Shown piece after piece: positions 25,146 through 35,736 of a stretch of 64,000 nt of DNA; within the stretch, counting starts at the first letter, position 1; each line of letters begins with the position of its first letter. This stretch comes from a virus (lineage: Duplodnaviria; Caudoviricetes): the IMG/VR virus record IMGVR_UViG_3300020577_007794; one strand, written 5' to 3'. The position numbers were made by a program, and so were the translations under genes. A model generated the notes under the pieces. It did not search any database. It was not told where the DNA came from and saw nothing but the letters and a program-made list of their open reading frames with translations.

Positions 25146-26609
25146 ATGAATATCAGCGATTTCTACGGCTCGTTTTTGAGCACAAATAAAAGGTGGACGC
25201 CCTTTGTTGAGGTTTCTGGTCCCAACGTTGGTCAGACTCCTCCAGAGCCTCTGCGTGTTGACCCATTTCTGTCTGCAATTGCTGTAGACCCATATGATCC
25301 TGCAGGTGGTATTGCTATCCCAGCTGGACGATTTGTGGGTGTTGGCTATCAGCAAGGCGTTGGTGGTAACGTATACAGCACAGCAGGTGTGTCCTCAACT
25401 CCTAACACTAACAGAATGGCTCTTGGTGACAGAGGTAAGACTGTTTTGACTCTCCACGATGGTAAGAATATTACCCCAGCTGGTATGTCAGTCAACAACA
25501 TCTTCCGATCAGCTACGACCTATTCTTCTAACAACCCAGTCTCAACTGGTCCTTTCCAGCTCTCAGGTAATACATTTGGTATTGACAGCTCAAACGATGC
25601 TTCTGACGTTAAGTTCCGAAGAGGTTTTGTTGCTGAAGTTCCTTATGTTCTAACTGTTAACAGTGCTCACGGTGGCCTCGCTGCAGGTGACAGAGTTACC
25701 GGTTTCTGGGGATCTATCACTTCAACCAGCAATATTGGTTGGATGCATAGAGGTAAGCCAGTTAAGTGGAAGGCTAAGCAGCTAAACTACCAGTCCTTCA
25801 CAGCTTCTGGTACAGTTGTTCTGACTTCTGCTGTCTACCCAGGTATTCAGCCACGGGTAGTTGCTCTCTGGAACTCCACAACCCCTGTTTCAACTTCCTC
25901 AGTTAACCTGTACTTTAACGGTACTGCATGGGAAGCTACACTTCCTTCAAGCTGCACCCAGGTTCTGTACGAATACGGTCAGGATGCTGACCAGGTTGCT
26001 GGTGAAGTTCTTCGAATCCAGTCAATCACTGACGTTGCCCAGCAAGACTATATCAAGAAGTTCGTTGAACTTTCTAGAGAAAGCATGGACTGGCCACCAG
26101 CTGCTCAGATGACAAACGTCACCCTGAGAACAGATGAAACTCCATCCACTGTTACAGCCAACCTGGTCTATCGAGTCCAGAACTGGCCAATCTCAGTGAA
26201 CCATGCTATTGTTATCAAGATTCAGGGTACTGTTATTGATGACACAGGCACTTCCACAACTTACAGCTCATCTAGCTGGTACACACTACCTGCAGGTAAC
26301 CCAACAAACGTTACCGGTCAGTTCGTAGGAAAGTACCACACAGTGAACTGGAGATCAGGAATCATCGAACTCTCTGCAAACATCACATCTGTTACAGCCA
26401 TCACGGTGACCTACTCATCGTTTGGTTCTAAGGATGCTGTTCTGTGGGGTCAGGGTGTCCTTGGTCTTACTGATGGTAGAAACCTTACCACACCGTCAAG
26501 TGACGCTGCAAGCCTGGTTCCTAGCACAAACATTGGTAGAACAGGTGTCCCATCGCACTTGAACTACGCAGACGTTATCGGAGGAATGAGGATCATCGTT
26601 GCTGACTAA
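25146..26609 (+). CDS. head decoration/minor capsid protein
   Basis: Ser/Thr/Gly beta-rich, high-expression codon usage, directly before the MCP. Confidence 0.6.
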   Translation: MNISDFYGSFLSTNKRWTPFVEVSGPNVGQTPPEPLRVDPFLSAIAVDPYDPAGGIAIPAGRFVGVGYQQGVGGNVYSTAGVSSTPNTNRMALGDRGKTVLTLHDGKNITPAGMSVNNIFRSATTYSSNNPVSTGPFQLSGNTFGIDSSNDASDVKFRRGFVAEVPYVLTVNSAHGGLAAGDRVTGFWGSITSTSNIGWMHRGKPVKWKAKQLNYQSFTASGTVVLTSAVYPGIQPRVVALWNSTTPVSTSSVNLYFNGTAWEATLPSSCTQVLYEYGQDADQVAGEVLRIQSITDVAQQDYIKKFVELSRESMDWPPAAQMTNVTLRTDETPSTVTANLVYRVQNWPISVNHAIVIKIQGTVIDDTGTSTTYSSSSWYTLPAGNPTNVTGQFVGKYHTVNWRSGIIELSANITSVTAITVTYSSFGSKDAVLWGQGVLGLTDGRNLTTPSSDAASLVPSTNIGRTGVPSHLNYADVIGGMRIIVAD

Positions 26610-26611
26610 GC

Positions 26612-26633
26612 GGTTGGGGGATTACCCCCAACC
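26612..26633 (+). promoter_or_regulatory. perfect 9-bp hairpin upstream of the MCP gene (no U tail; mRNA stabiliser or processing site)
   Basis: GGTTGGGGG-ATTA-CCCCCAACC. Confidence 0.55.
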
Positions 26634-26668
26634 CTATGTCCCTACACGGAGACCTTAAGACTAAAAAA

Positions 26669-27898
26669 ATGAAGAATACTATTTTCAACAAAATTCAGTC
26701 CGCAACTGAGGCTCAAATTCGCCCGCAGGTGGAAGAGTTCGCTAAAGTTAATGATTGGACGATTGGTGAAGGGGATACTCAAGTCAGCTATGATGAAGCA
26801 CTAACCAGAATGGACAAGGCAACTGAGTTTGCCTACGCCCAGTTTACAGGTTACAACTACTCAGGCGAACGATGCGATGTTCCTGAAATACCATTCACAG
26901 AAATGCTCCACTCGAGCGACGCACCTGTGCTGCTTCGAAGGGTTATTTCTGAGATCATGGTTGAGCCTAAAGAGCCAGCTCTGTTCCTTAGCAACAATGT
27001 TGCTCAGGAAATCAAGATGGATCCGAAGTCACCACTGTTCATCACGTTCCCAACTGTAGATGCCCTTTCAGCAGCTGAAATTGCTGAAGGTGGAGAATAT
27101 CCTAACCGATCATTCTCCGTGCAGGAGCACCAAATCAGCATTAGACTGAAGAAGTACGGTCTTCAGACTTCGCTGACAGAAGAAATTCGAAACCACTCAA
27201 TCTACCAGCTTGTTACTCTGTACATGAGACAGATGAACAACGCAGTTAACCGAGTTGGAGAATCTCTTTGCTACACAGCAATGACTGAAAGAGCTATTGA
27301 AGTTTTCAATAACAACACAGACGTAACTGCAGACAGAACTTCCGGTGTTGGCACAGGCCAGACTTGGAATGCTTCTCTTGCTTTGAAGGACATCCTTCGA
27401 ATGTGCGGTGTTGTTGTTGGTAACAGATATGAGCCCAGCCATATCCTGGTTCACCCTCTAGCCTGGTTCGTGATCTTCCAAGACCCACTTATCAGAGCGA
27501 CCTTCTTCCATCAGGGTCAGATGGGTGGTAACATCTACAGCCAGAAGCCTGACTTCAACCAGAACGTAAACATGCCATTCGGTATTTCCTACGTTCCTTA
27601 CTACGCCCTGCCTTACGTAGAGAACGCTGCTCTCAGCTCAACCCAGGCTTCCGGTCTTGGTTCTTCTCTCTACACCGACGTATACGTGATTGATGCTAAG
27701 AACTCTCTTTACATGGCCACACGAGGTGATGCTCAGATGGACGAAATGGAAGACTGGTTCAAGGATGCTACTGTTATGAAGATCAAGAAGCACATGGGCT
27801 GCTCGGTCAAAGACGGTGGTAAAGCGATCACAGTTGCCCGAAACGTTAGAGTGGTTGAAAACTATCAGCCAGTTATGACAGTTCGAACAACTACCTAA
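26669..27898 (+). CDS. major capsid protein (HK97-like fold)
   Basis: AAEIAEGGEYP, IRLKKYGLQTSLTEE and PSHILVHPLAW motifs; position; codon bias. Confidence 0.9.
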   Translation: MKNTIFNKIQSATEAQIRPQVEEFAKVNDWTIGEGDTQVSYDEALTRMDKATEFAYAQFTGYNYSGERCDVPEIPFTEMLHSSDAPVLLRRVISEIMVEPKEPALFLSNNVAQEIKMDPKSPLFITFPTVDALSAAEIAEGGEYPNRSFSVQEHQISIRLKKYGLQTSLTEEIRNHSIYQLVTLYMRQMNNAVNRVGESLCYTAMTERAIEVFNNNTDVTADRTSGVGTGQTWNASLALKDILRMCGVVVGNRYEPSHILVHPLAWFVIFQDPLIRATFFHQGQMGGNIYSQKPDFNQNVNMPFGISYVPYYALPYVENAALSSTQASGLGSSLYTDVYVIDAKNSLYMATRGDAQMDEMEDWFKDATVMKIKKHMGCSVKDGGKAITVARNVRVVENYQPVMTVRTTT

Positions 27899-27920
27899 TC
27901 TAGACAAACAGGTGGGTAAA

Positions 27921-27962
27921 GGGCCTCGATCCGCATATCGCGGCGAGGCCCATTCTTTCTTA
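27921..27962 (+). terminator. terminator after the MCP gene
   Basis: GGGCCTCG..CCGC/GCGG CGAGGCCC long hairpin followed by a T-rich tail. Confidence 0.75.
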
Positions 27963-27974
27963 GGGTGAAGAAAA

Positions 27975-29564
27975 GTGGCAGGATATCCAGAACTACGAGA
28001 AACATTTCCAAAAACCGGAGAAACTGATGTTTTAACATCAAGAAGCATTATCCTTGACTTCTCAGAGGATATGGCTGCTGCTCAGTTTCAAGACAGCAAC
28101 CAACTATCAAGCTTTATGGTGCTGCTTGATGAAAGCACCAATACACCTATAACAATTTCCTACTCTGACTACACAACAAGGCAGAGAAGATTAACATTAA
28201 CCGCCTCTCTTCAACCCAATAGAAGTTATCGCCTTATCGTTAAGAAGGGGATTAGAAGTTCCTTTGGTAGAGCCACCCTTAACGATTACACAATTTTCTT
28301 TTCTACAGCAGCTTCCCCAGTAAGTTCTGTTTCTCTGCTTAATCCTTCTGACAGTATCTCTCTTGAAGCAGAGCCATTCGTTTTTAACTGGACTCAAGCT
28401 ACTAGTACTGGAAGTGTTCTCTATGATGTTAACTTCTATGAGAACTCCTCCCTTGCTGGCACCTTCACAACGGCCGCTACAGGCCTCTCTCTGGTCTCTG
28501 CGAGCTATTTAGGGGTATTGGGTACCCTAACAGGTAGAAGGCTCACATGGGACGTTACAGCGCGTGTTCCATCCGGTACCGGTTTTGTATATGCTGCGCC
28601 ATCATCTAGACGAAGCATTTATTTTGGTGCTTACGAAGAAGAACCAGATATAACTAGTGCAAGAACATACATACATCCTTCCCAGACTGTACCTTTGCAA
28701 TTTTCTGTGGAAGATTTTACACCAGAGAACCTGGCTACCAATTTAACTACGTTCCCTACAGTAGAATTAATTTTTACTGAAGCTCCGGCTACTGGGACTA
28801 TGTTAAATTACATATCATTCACAAAGAAGGATCAACTTCCCAGGAATGATGTAGGGTCTTCATACTCTACAGGGGCAGTTTCAGGTTCTTGGGTGCTATC
28901 TGGTAGGACATTAACCTTTGTTCCAACAGAAAACATAGCCTTTAACACTAGATATGAAGTAAGTCTTGCAAAGGGTATGAGATCTGTAAGTGGACAGAGA
29001 CTTGCCCAGGCAACTTCCTTCCAATTCTGTAGTATGTACAACCCATACTATGTAGACATACGGGCAGTTAAAGCTACTCTAAGATCAGAGTCAGCTACAA
29101 TGTCCGATGACTTCATAAACTACCATATATTCATTGCCAGTCTCGAAGCTAAAGCAAGATACTATTCCTGGATTTACGGTATTCCTGACGCAGTTATGTT
29201 CGGTGACATGCTTCAGGAAGTGTGGGTTAGGGACTCAAATAACCTTAAATCTTTCGGTGCATTAAAGTGGACAGAAGCTTGCACCCTTTACAACATCTAT
29301 AACTCTATCTTAGTAGACGAACTTAGGAATGTTGGAAGGAGCAGGAGTCTGGCAGATTACAAAGAATCATTAAGCAAAGACTTTATTGATGCTATTGAGT
29401 TGGCTAAAAAGGATGCTAAAGAAGAGATGGACTACTGGGATAACTACATCAACAATGATGGTGTTCCTGGTTTTGGGACCAGACAGTACAACTATGATAG
29501 GCATCTTAACAATAGGGATAGCAGCATACCGCCAAGTATTAGAAGGAGGGATGACGGTCTATGA
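27975..29564 (+). CDS. Ig-like (Big_5-type) repeat virion protein, possible head-tail adaptor
   Basis: Two Big_5-like units (P..GET.V....I.L.FS...L.PN..Y.L.V..GIRS..G) and a helical C-terminus. Confidence 0.7.
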   Translation: MAGYPELRETFPKTGETDVLTSRSIILDFSEDMAAAQFQDSNQLSSFMVLLDESTNTPITISYSDYTTRQRRLTLTASLQPNRSYRLIVKKGIRSSFGRATLNDYTIFFSTAASPVSSVSLLNPSDSISLEAEPFVFNWTQATSTGSVLYDVNFYENSSLAGTFTTAATGLSLVSASYLGVLGTLTGRRLTWDVTARVPSGTGFVYAAPSSRRSIYFGAYEEEPDITSARTYIHPSQTVPLQFSVEDFTPENLATNLTTFPTVELIFTEAPATGTMLNYISFTKKDQLPRNDVGSSYSTGAVSGSWVLSGRTLTFVPTENIAFNTRYEVSLAKGMRSVSGQRLAQATSFQFCSMYNPYYVDIRAVKATLRSESATMSDDFINYHIFIASLEAKARYYSWIYGIPDAVMFGDMLQEVWVRDSNNLKSFGALKWTEACTLYNIYNSILVDELRNVGRSRSLADYKESLSKDFIDAIELAKKDAKEEMDYWDNYINNDGVPGFGTRQYNYDRHLNNRDSSIPPSIRRRDDGL

Positions 29565-30175
29565 ACTCAGGTTGGGATTCTAGTAAAGCAAGTTGGAAAG
29601 ATGTTCACCCTATAGGACACCACGCTGAGCAATTTCTTCTTGAAAATGCTGACTGGGCAGTTTATGTCAGGCTTTTACCTGATGAATACTGTCCAGACCA
29701 TTGGAACTTCACCTCTGGAGTTACAGCTGCTAGGAGTGATGGACCCCTATGTCCTTATTGCTGGGGCACTGGTAGAAAGGTTATTCCTAAAATTGTGCCG
29801 GTAAGAATCTTCCAAGGCTCAGTTGATACACAATCAGATATCAGGCTTCAACCAGGCTATACTTTGAATTGGGAGATAGGTGCAATCCTTCCGAGGGATA
29901 TTAAGCCAAACTATCAAGATCTAGTAATCTTGGTTGAGTGGAATGTTCCTGTAAAAGATGTACCTAAAAACCCCTCAAGAAGACCAGTTCGAATCACAGA
30001 TGTCACACAGGTTGAAGCTGTATTTGACAGATTTGAGAGAGAAGTAGCATTTATTGGTGCTGCCTTAAAATCCTACTCAGTATCGGATGCATTGTTCTAC
30101 AATGCACTGCCTTTAATGATAGGATTAGACATATACGACCCGAGTAATAAATGGCCTCAAACATTGTATTGGTAG
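29561..30175 (+). CDS. neck/head-closure protein
   Basis: Position; CPYCWGTG zinc motif. Confidence 0.55.
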   Translation: MNSGWDSSKASWKDVHPIGHHAEQFLLENADWAVYVRLLPDEYCPDHWNFTSGVTAARSDGPLCPYCWGTGRKVIPKIVPVRIFQGSVDTQSDIRLQPGYTLNWEIGAILPRDIKPNYQDLVILVEWNVPVKDVPKNPSRRPVRITDVTQVEAVFDRFEREVAFIGAALKSYSVSDALFYNALPLMIGLDIYDPSNKWPQTLYW

Positions 30176-32079
30176 GATTGGCTTCTGACGGCCCAGCGAA
30201 TCAAGCTGTTACAGTTTCATCTTTAAGGGACCTGTACAGAACATTTGGTGGCAACTACACAGAAAGAGTTTTCTTAACTCCGACTGCCTCTGCCATGTCG
30301 CTTCAGTTCACACCCCTAAATACTGTTTCGTCTTCTTGGAATAATAAGAAGATACTGTACAATCCATATTCAGATAATAGCACTTTCTACTTTGGGCAGG
30401 TTGGCGGCTCAGGTATGTGGGTTGATTTAACGTACACCCCGTATCTTGGAATGTCAGATATAGTAGCTGCTGGTCAGTACATTCTAGAAAATGGAGCTGA
30501 CTCTGTTACGATATGTAGGGTAGGTGGGGAGAAGGCCAGGCTTCTAACCAGTGATAATTGGTACTTTGAGTCTATAAATCGTGGAGATAAGTATAACAAT
30601 GTTGTTGTCTCCTCTACAGGTAGTGGGATTAGTATCTATGGTTTAGAGCCTAATTTTGGAAGGAGAGATTATTCCGGTATTCCTTCCAGAATAGCTGCAC
30701 AAATTAACCAAGATGCCAGATTAGGTGCTTGCCCAGTTCAGGTTCGAGAATTTAGTGAAACAATGTCAACTATTACTGCTACGTTGAGTGGTGGTTCAAA
30801 CGGCACACTTTCTTCCGCAGAATTCTCTGAATTCATATCTGTTGACTGTCTCCCAACTGCAACTAGCCATGTTGCAGTTCTGGCACCTGTTACAGAAAAT
30901 TTAATGACCGTTATTTTGAATGAACTAGACGAAGAGCTTTCTCAGCCTAGAATGTTCATTTTCAACAACCCACCTACGTTAGCTCCGATTAATTTTGTAG
31001 GTGCTACAACTTCGGAGGCAGCACTTAATACATACTTCGGAGCTGTTAGCACAGACCCCTTCTCAACCAGTATATACACTAACAACCAAACTGTTACTGG
31101 TACCTTGGGTCTGCAAATTGCATCAACAAGCACACCACCAGTTTTCTTCACGAGGGCCGCAACAGGCAATCTATCTACTGCAGTTTACTCCTTAAGTGGG
31201 GCACTGCATATGTCTCCAGCTTCTTCGGGCACTGTGACCTTTTCTGCCCTGAATAATAAGAAGATAAGAGCCTTTGGCTTCTGGGTGACTGAGGGTGATA
31301 GAAGTGTGCGGATTCAAGGATACGACGGTGCTGAAGCGTACACACCTGTTGTTGGCCCCACAACTTTAGGGTCTGGTACACCCTATTTTATAGGTCTAGG
31401 GGTCGAAAGACCTATGACCCATATTGATGTAACTTTAGATAGTGGAAGTTATAACCATTTTGCTATAGATAACCTACAAGTTAGGTTGATTGATACAGCG
31501 GGTGGGAATATGGATCAGGTATTTGCATCAATAAGAATGCTTCCTGAGAGAAGCCCGTATGTTTGCAGCATTTATGGTGATGTAGACGTGTCTATAGCCG
31601 GAAATAGGTACAGAAGATACGGTGTTGAAGCTGTAGCTGAACTTATAAATAGAGAGGGTGGTTCTTTAACTAACAAAGGACTGAAAGCCATCACCTACCG
31701 CCCACAGCTTAACGAAAATGAAGTTTTTGCAGCTAAAGCGAACGGTTTCTGCCCAATTGTTAGAAAAATTGGTTCAGGGGTCTCAATTTATCAAGGTGTT
31801 ACTACAGACCCAGATAGCGACTATTTAGTGACAGCAAAGACTTCAGAAATCATGTCTGTAGGAAACGAGTACTTACTTCAGTTTATGGGTAGGCCATTAA
31901 AAGAGGGGACTCAAACTTTCTTAGCCCAAGAGCTGAAAAAGAAGCTTTCTTCAAAAGTTTCTGGAGTCGCTATTGAGAATGTACTTATAGACTTAGTAGA
32001 TGAGGTATTGAGAGTTCTGGTGGAATGTGTGATAGATAATGAAATAATGAGTATTTCATTTGCTGCTCAAACAAGATAG
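30151..32079 (+). CDS. tail sheath-like protein 1
   Basis: VLVGLASDGP..RTFG N-terminus, ESINRGDKYNN, LSGGSNG; similar to 33071-34852. Confidence 0.75.
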   Translation: MASNIVLVGLASDGPANQAVTVSSLRDLYRTFGGNYTERVFLTPTASAMSLQFTPLNTVSSSWNNKKILYNPYSDNSTFYFGQVGGSGMWVDLTYTPYLGMSDIVAAGQYILENGADSVTICRVGGEKARLLTSDNWYFESINRGDKYNNVVVSSTGSGISIYGLEPNFGRRDYSGIPSRIAAQINQDARLGACPVQVREFSETMSTITATLSGGSNGTLSSAEFSEFISVDCLPTATSHVAVLAPVTENLMTVILNELDEELSQPRMFIFNNPPTLAPINFVGATTSEAALNTYFGAVSTDPFSTSIYTNNQTVTGTLGLQIASTSTPPVFFTRAATGNLSTAVYSLSGALHMSPASSGTVTFSALNNKKIRAFGFWVTEGDRSVRIQGYDGAEAYTPVVGPTTLGSGTPYFIGLGVERPMTHIDVTLDSGSYNHFAIDNLQVRLIDTAGGNMDQVFASIRMLPERSPYVCSIYGDVDVSIAGNRYRRYGVEAVAELINREGGSLTNKGLKAITYRPQLNENEVFAAKANGFCPIVRKIGSGVSIYQGVTTDPDSDYLVTAKTSEIMSVGNEYLLQFMGRPLKEGTQTFLAQELKKKLSSKVSGVAIENVLIDLVDEVLRVLVECVIDNEIMSISFAAQTR

Positions 32080-32081
32080 CC

Positions 32082-32089
32082 CTCTATTT
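32082..32089 (+). promoter_or_regulatory. CTCTATTT candidate promoter
   Basis: Intergenic, 16 nt upstream of the ATG at 32106. Confidence 0.45.
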
Positions 32090-32105
32090 GAACGAAAAGA
32101 TAATA

Positions 32106-33014
32106 ATGTCCAACCTTCCAACACTTAATGAGGATACTCAATCTAATACTAACCCTTATGATTTCTTCAATGAGGTGTACAAATTAGTTGAGCCTTATTT
32201 TGTAAACAAGTACAATCTCCAAGTGTTGCAACAATTTCCTACCACAACTTGTGATGGTCCTTCTATAACATGGAGAATACTGTCAAGAGTCCCTGGTGGT
32301 GGAAAGAGTGGCCATTTACAGGCTACAGGCCCTTCATATTCTCATCCAAGAAGTAATGATGAATTTGGGCAGTTCACAGAAATTTATACACAGCACCACA
32401 AAATAATTTATGAATTTGCGCTATTTAGTACATCTAATGCAGAAGTGAATGAATTAGCTTGGGATTGGGAACAAGCTCTACTTAATGTTATAGGTCCGTT
32501 ACAGATTAAATTTCCTGGATTGACTATGGCATTTGACAGTCAGTACTCTGACGGAGCTTTATCTTGGAGAACTCAGGATGAACTAATGATGCGGACTCTG
32601 AGATTCCAAGTTGTTCTTCCAATTAGGTACAAGCATATCTTGAAGGAACTCAGAACAGTGATTATTAATCCTATAATCCACTCTAAGGGTTCAACAACAG
32701 GACGTGTGGTACGACAGGCAGGGGATAACAACCTCTATTTTATAAGTAACGCCCCTAGTGGTTGTTTAGCTTATAGTATCTCTGTAGTACAGAGACAGAA
32801 AATTTCAGAACTTGATCCTGTTATGCTAACCGCTGGTGTTGATTACAGAATCAGGAGAAGAAAGGATAGATCAGTTTATGTGGAGTGGATCCCTGAAGGT
32901 GCCCCGCCTTCTGTCGGAGACGCATTCTGCATTTATTATACTTATGGGCCTGGACACACAGGTAGAGCAATTAGCGGGGCAAATGCTGTAGGAGATATTT
33001 TGGTTAATGACTAA
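32106..33014 (+). CDS. tail terminator/completion-like protein
   Basis: Lies between the sheath genes; IYEFALFSTSNAEVNELAWDWE pattern. Confidence 0.55.
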   Translation: MSNLPTLNEDTQSNTNPYDFFNEVYKLVEPYFVNKYNLQVLQQFPTTTCDGPSITWRILSRVPGGGKSGHLQATGPSYSHPRSNDEFGQFTEIYTQHHKIIYEFALFSTSNAEVNELAWDWEQALLNVIGPLQIKFPGLTMAFDSQYSDGALSWRTQDELMMRTLRFQVVLPIRYKHILKELRTVIINPIIHSKGSTTGRVVRQAGDNNLYFISNAPSGCLAYSISVVQRQKISELDPVMLTAGVDYRIRRRKDRSVYVEWIPEGAPPSVGDAFCIYYTYGPGHTGRAISGANAVGDILVND

Positions 33015-33070
33015 GTTATCTTCTTCACGACCCGCATCTCTTATAAAACAGGAGCTTAATTAAACAGCCA

Positions 33071-34852
33071 ATGTACGCAGGAACTATATTTACAACTATA
33101 GGCGGCAAGATCAAGCAGATCGTTCAAGGCCCTACCACAGAAACACTTCTGATTATTGGTACGGCTCAGGACGGCCCTCTCAACAAGCCTGTTCGCATCG
33201 AGGATGCGGCTCAGGCTGAGAGGATCTTTGGTCCCGCCAAATATTCAGCAGAATTTCTTGATCCCAACACTTCGACGGAATCAGGCAAGCCCGCTGGTGC
33301 CACTATTCCTCTAGCCATCTCTCAAGCTTTGGCTGCAGGAAACAGATCTTTGTACGCAGTTAGGGCTGCTGGCACTTTTGCTACAGGGACACTTGGTACC
33401 TCAGGTCTTCTTTACTTTAGGTCGCTAAACCCAGGCCGACTATACAACCAAGCTACAGTAACAACCAGTCTTTCTGGTGGTATGTTCATTCTTTCTTTAG
33501 GTCAGCCTAAGAGAAAGGGTGGCACTGTCGAACTCATTAGAGAAGTTGCTTCCACTACTACTCTATCAGAATTGATGGATAAGATTAATGGTACAACGAA
33601 GAATAAGGTAGCTAGTGTTAGCAGAACTCTTTCTGTTGCACAAAACTACATGGCCTACACACTGGATACCCTAGCAGTAGGTATGACAGGAACGGTTACA
33701 CTTTCTGGTGGAACCAATGGCTGCTTCGCTAAGGGTGACGACTACGGTCCAGAATTGATGACATCAGCTGGGTCCGGTCTTGCTGGTTTTGCTAGAGCTC
33801 TTGTTGGAACAATGGATGATGATGGTTTTAGCGGAACCTTCGAAACCCTTCAAGATGACGAATTTAACGCAGATATCATCGTTCTTGATGGAATTTGCGT
33901 TGACGACCAGATCTATACAACTGGAAACGCAGCAACTAACGGTTCGTACACTATAGCTGCTGACTTTTCTGATTTTATTGACAGGCTATCAACAGACACA
34001 AACCCATGTCACGGTATTATCGCAACTAGGCTCCATAATCTGACAGAAGCTAGTGACCTTGTTAACTATGTTAACAACAACCTTCTAGCTACAGATTTTG
34101 GATACTACGATCAAGGTAAGAAGTGGCTTAAGTCTGGTCCATTCCTTCTGAACGGAAGGCTTCGAGCAGATGCTATGGGCGGTGTTAAGGACCTTTTCAC
34201 CAACATTTCAGTCTGTGCTGGACCAGGTGTTGTGTACAATCACCCAGATATGGGCGGTGACTACATCTACAACTTCCACGTTGGCTACGCAGCGTTGCTG
34301 ACAACTATTCCACCGGAAAGATCTGCAACGTTTGTTAAGATTCCAGGTGTTAGAGCCTACGGAACTCCATACCCAGCTTCAGCAGCTAGAAAGCTTCTGG
34401 ATGGTGTTGGTGCCAACTTAGCTAACAACACTCCTGGTAAGGGTGCCTACGTTATTCTCTCCAGGGATCCAAACTCAAGAGGAAATACAGCTCCGCTTAT
34501 TGTTTGGGATGACCCAACTGCAGCTGCTAGAGACGACGTATTCAGAAACTACCAGACACTGCACCTTGTTAACTCAGTCCACAAAGACCTCAAAGCTGTT
34601 CTGTTCCCATTCCTTGGTGGACCGACTTCAGCAGGTGTCTTGGCTACAATGGAAGCCGCAGCACAGAACGTTCTTGACGGCTACACAAACAGTCAGGCAC
34701 TTAGAGGTGGAAAGGGGCAGGGTTACACATTCAAGATAACTATGGATGGTACTGATATGGATCTCGGTACTGCCAACGTTTTCGTTGAACTTGTACCAGC
34801 TACCTCACTTCGAAGGATTAACTTCATCGTATCCGTGAGACGAGGCGGCTAA
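33071..34852 (+). CDS. major tail sheath protein
   Basis: IIGTAQDGPLNKP...RIFG N-terminus, C-terminal VELVPATSLRRINFIVSV; high-expression codons. Confidence 0.88.
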   Translation: MYAGTIFTTIGGKIKQIVQGPTTETLLIIGTAQDGPLNKPVRIEDAAQAERIFGPAKYSAEFLDPNTSTESGKPAGATIPLAISQALAAGNRSLYAVRAAGTFATGTLGTSGLLYFRSLNPGRLYNQATVTTSLSGGMFILSLGQPKRKGGTVELIREVASTTTLSELMDKINGTTKNKVASVSRTLSVAQNYMAYTLDTLAVGMTGTVTLSGGTNGCFAKGDDYGPELMTSAGSGLAGFARALVGTMDDDGFSGTFETLQDDEFNADIIVLDGICVDDQIYTTGNAATNGSYTIAADFSDFIDRLSTDTNPCHGIIATRLHNLTEASDLVNYVNNNLLATDFGYYDQGKKWLKSGPFLLNGRLRADAMGGVKDLFTNISVCAGPGVVYNHPDMGGDYIYNFHVGYAALLTTIPPERSATFVKIPGVRAYGTPYPASAARKLLDGVGANLANNTPGKGAYVILSRDPNSRGNTAPLIVWDDPTAAARDDVFRNYQTLHLVNSVHKDLKAVLFPFLGGPTSAGVLATMEAAAQNVLDGYTNSQALRGGKGQGYTFKITMDGTDMDLGTANVFVELVPATSLRRINFIVSVRRGG

Positions 34853-34873
34853 TTTTAGGAGAAATTAAAAGAA

Positions 34874-35671
34874 GTGGCACAAAATCCTTTTTCTAGATAC
34901 GCCTACGCAGAGTACAAATCCAACCAGATTACAACTCCAAGTCAGTACACACTGCCTGAAGAGAATCTGCAGGTTTTTGCTGGCTGCGACCTACACGCAT
35001 ACATTAACAATACGAAGGTTGGAAACCTGGAATCAGTTACCTGGACAGTCTCTACGGAGGCTGTAGGTAACTACGTAATGGGTCGAAGAAACCCGGTTGC
35101 AATTGTAACTGGTAAGAGACTTATTGTTGGTTCAATGGTTTTTGCTCAGTATGACAGACACGCCATCCTTCAGCAAGTCTTCAGACTTAAGGAAAGAGGT
35201 ATTGAAACTGTCTCCCAGCTTTGGGATGCTGACTTGTCAACTCAGGCTGTGAATAACAGAATCGAGAACACAGCTAATGCTGTTAAGAGTCTTGGTTCTG
35301 CTAACAAACAGGGCCAGAGTCCGAGAATTGAGTACACCTACAACAACATGAGGGGTCTGACACAAGAACAGTACTACACTCAGTTGTCTGATCAGGTTCG
35401 CTACACTTCTCAGCTTGTTGGTGCTTACAGAGTTGAACACACAGACCAGCTACCTCCTTTTAACCTAACTCTTGTTGGTGTTAACAAGGCTGGTGCAGCT
35501 GCTAAGTTGACAATCTTTGGAATGCAGATCACACAGGAAACTGGTGGCTACTCGCAGAACGATATGGGTACAAACGTTGGTGTTTCATACTACGCTATGA
35601 ACATTTCACACCTTGAACCTCTTAACGAAGATACTGCAAATAGCTTCTACCCTGGCTCCCTACCTTCCTAA
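34874..35671 (+). CDS. tail tube protein
   Basis: Follows the sheath; GKRLIVGSMVF and DQLPPFNLTL; high-expression codons. Confidence 0.85.
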   Translation: MAQNPFSRYAYAEYKSNQITTPSQYTLPEENLQVFAGCDLHAYINNTKVGNLESVTWTVSTEAVGNYVMGRRNPVAIVTGKRLIVGSMVFAQYDRHAILQQVFRLKERGIETVSQLWDADLSTQAVNNRIENTANAVKSLGSANKQGQSPRIEYTYNNMRGLTQEQYYTQLSDQVRYTSQLVGAYRVEHTDQLPPFNLTLVGVNKAGAAAKLTIFGMQITQETGGYSQNDMGTNVGVSYYAMNISHLEPLNEDTANSFYPGSLPS

Positions 35672-35736
35672 CTAAGTTAGGACTGACAATTAAATACCTT
35701 TGATGGCAGTACAGGAGACTGCACTAGTTTAAGTCC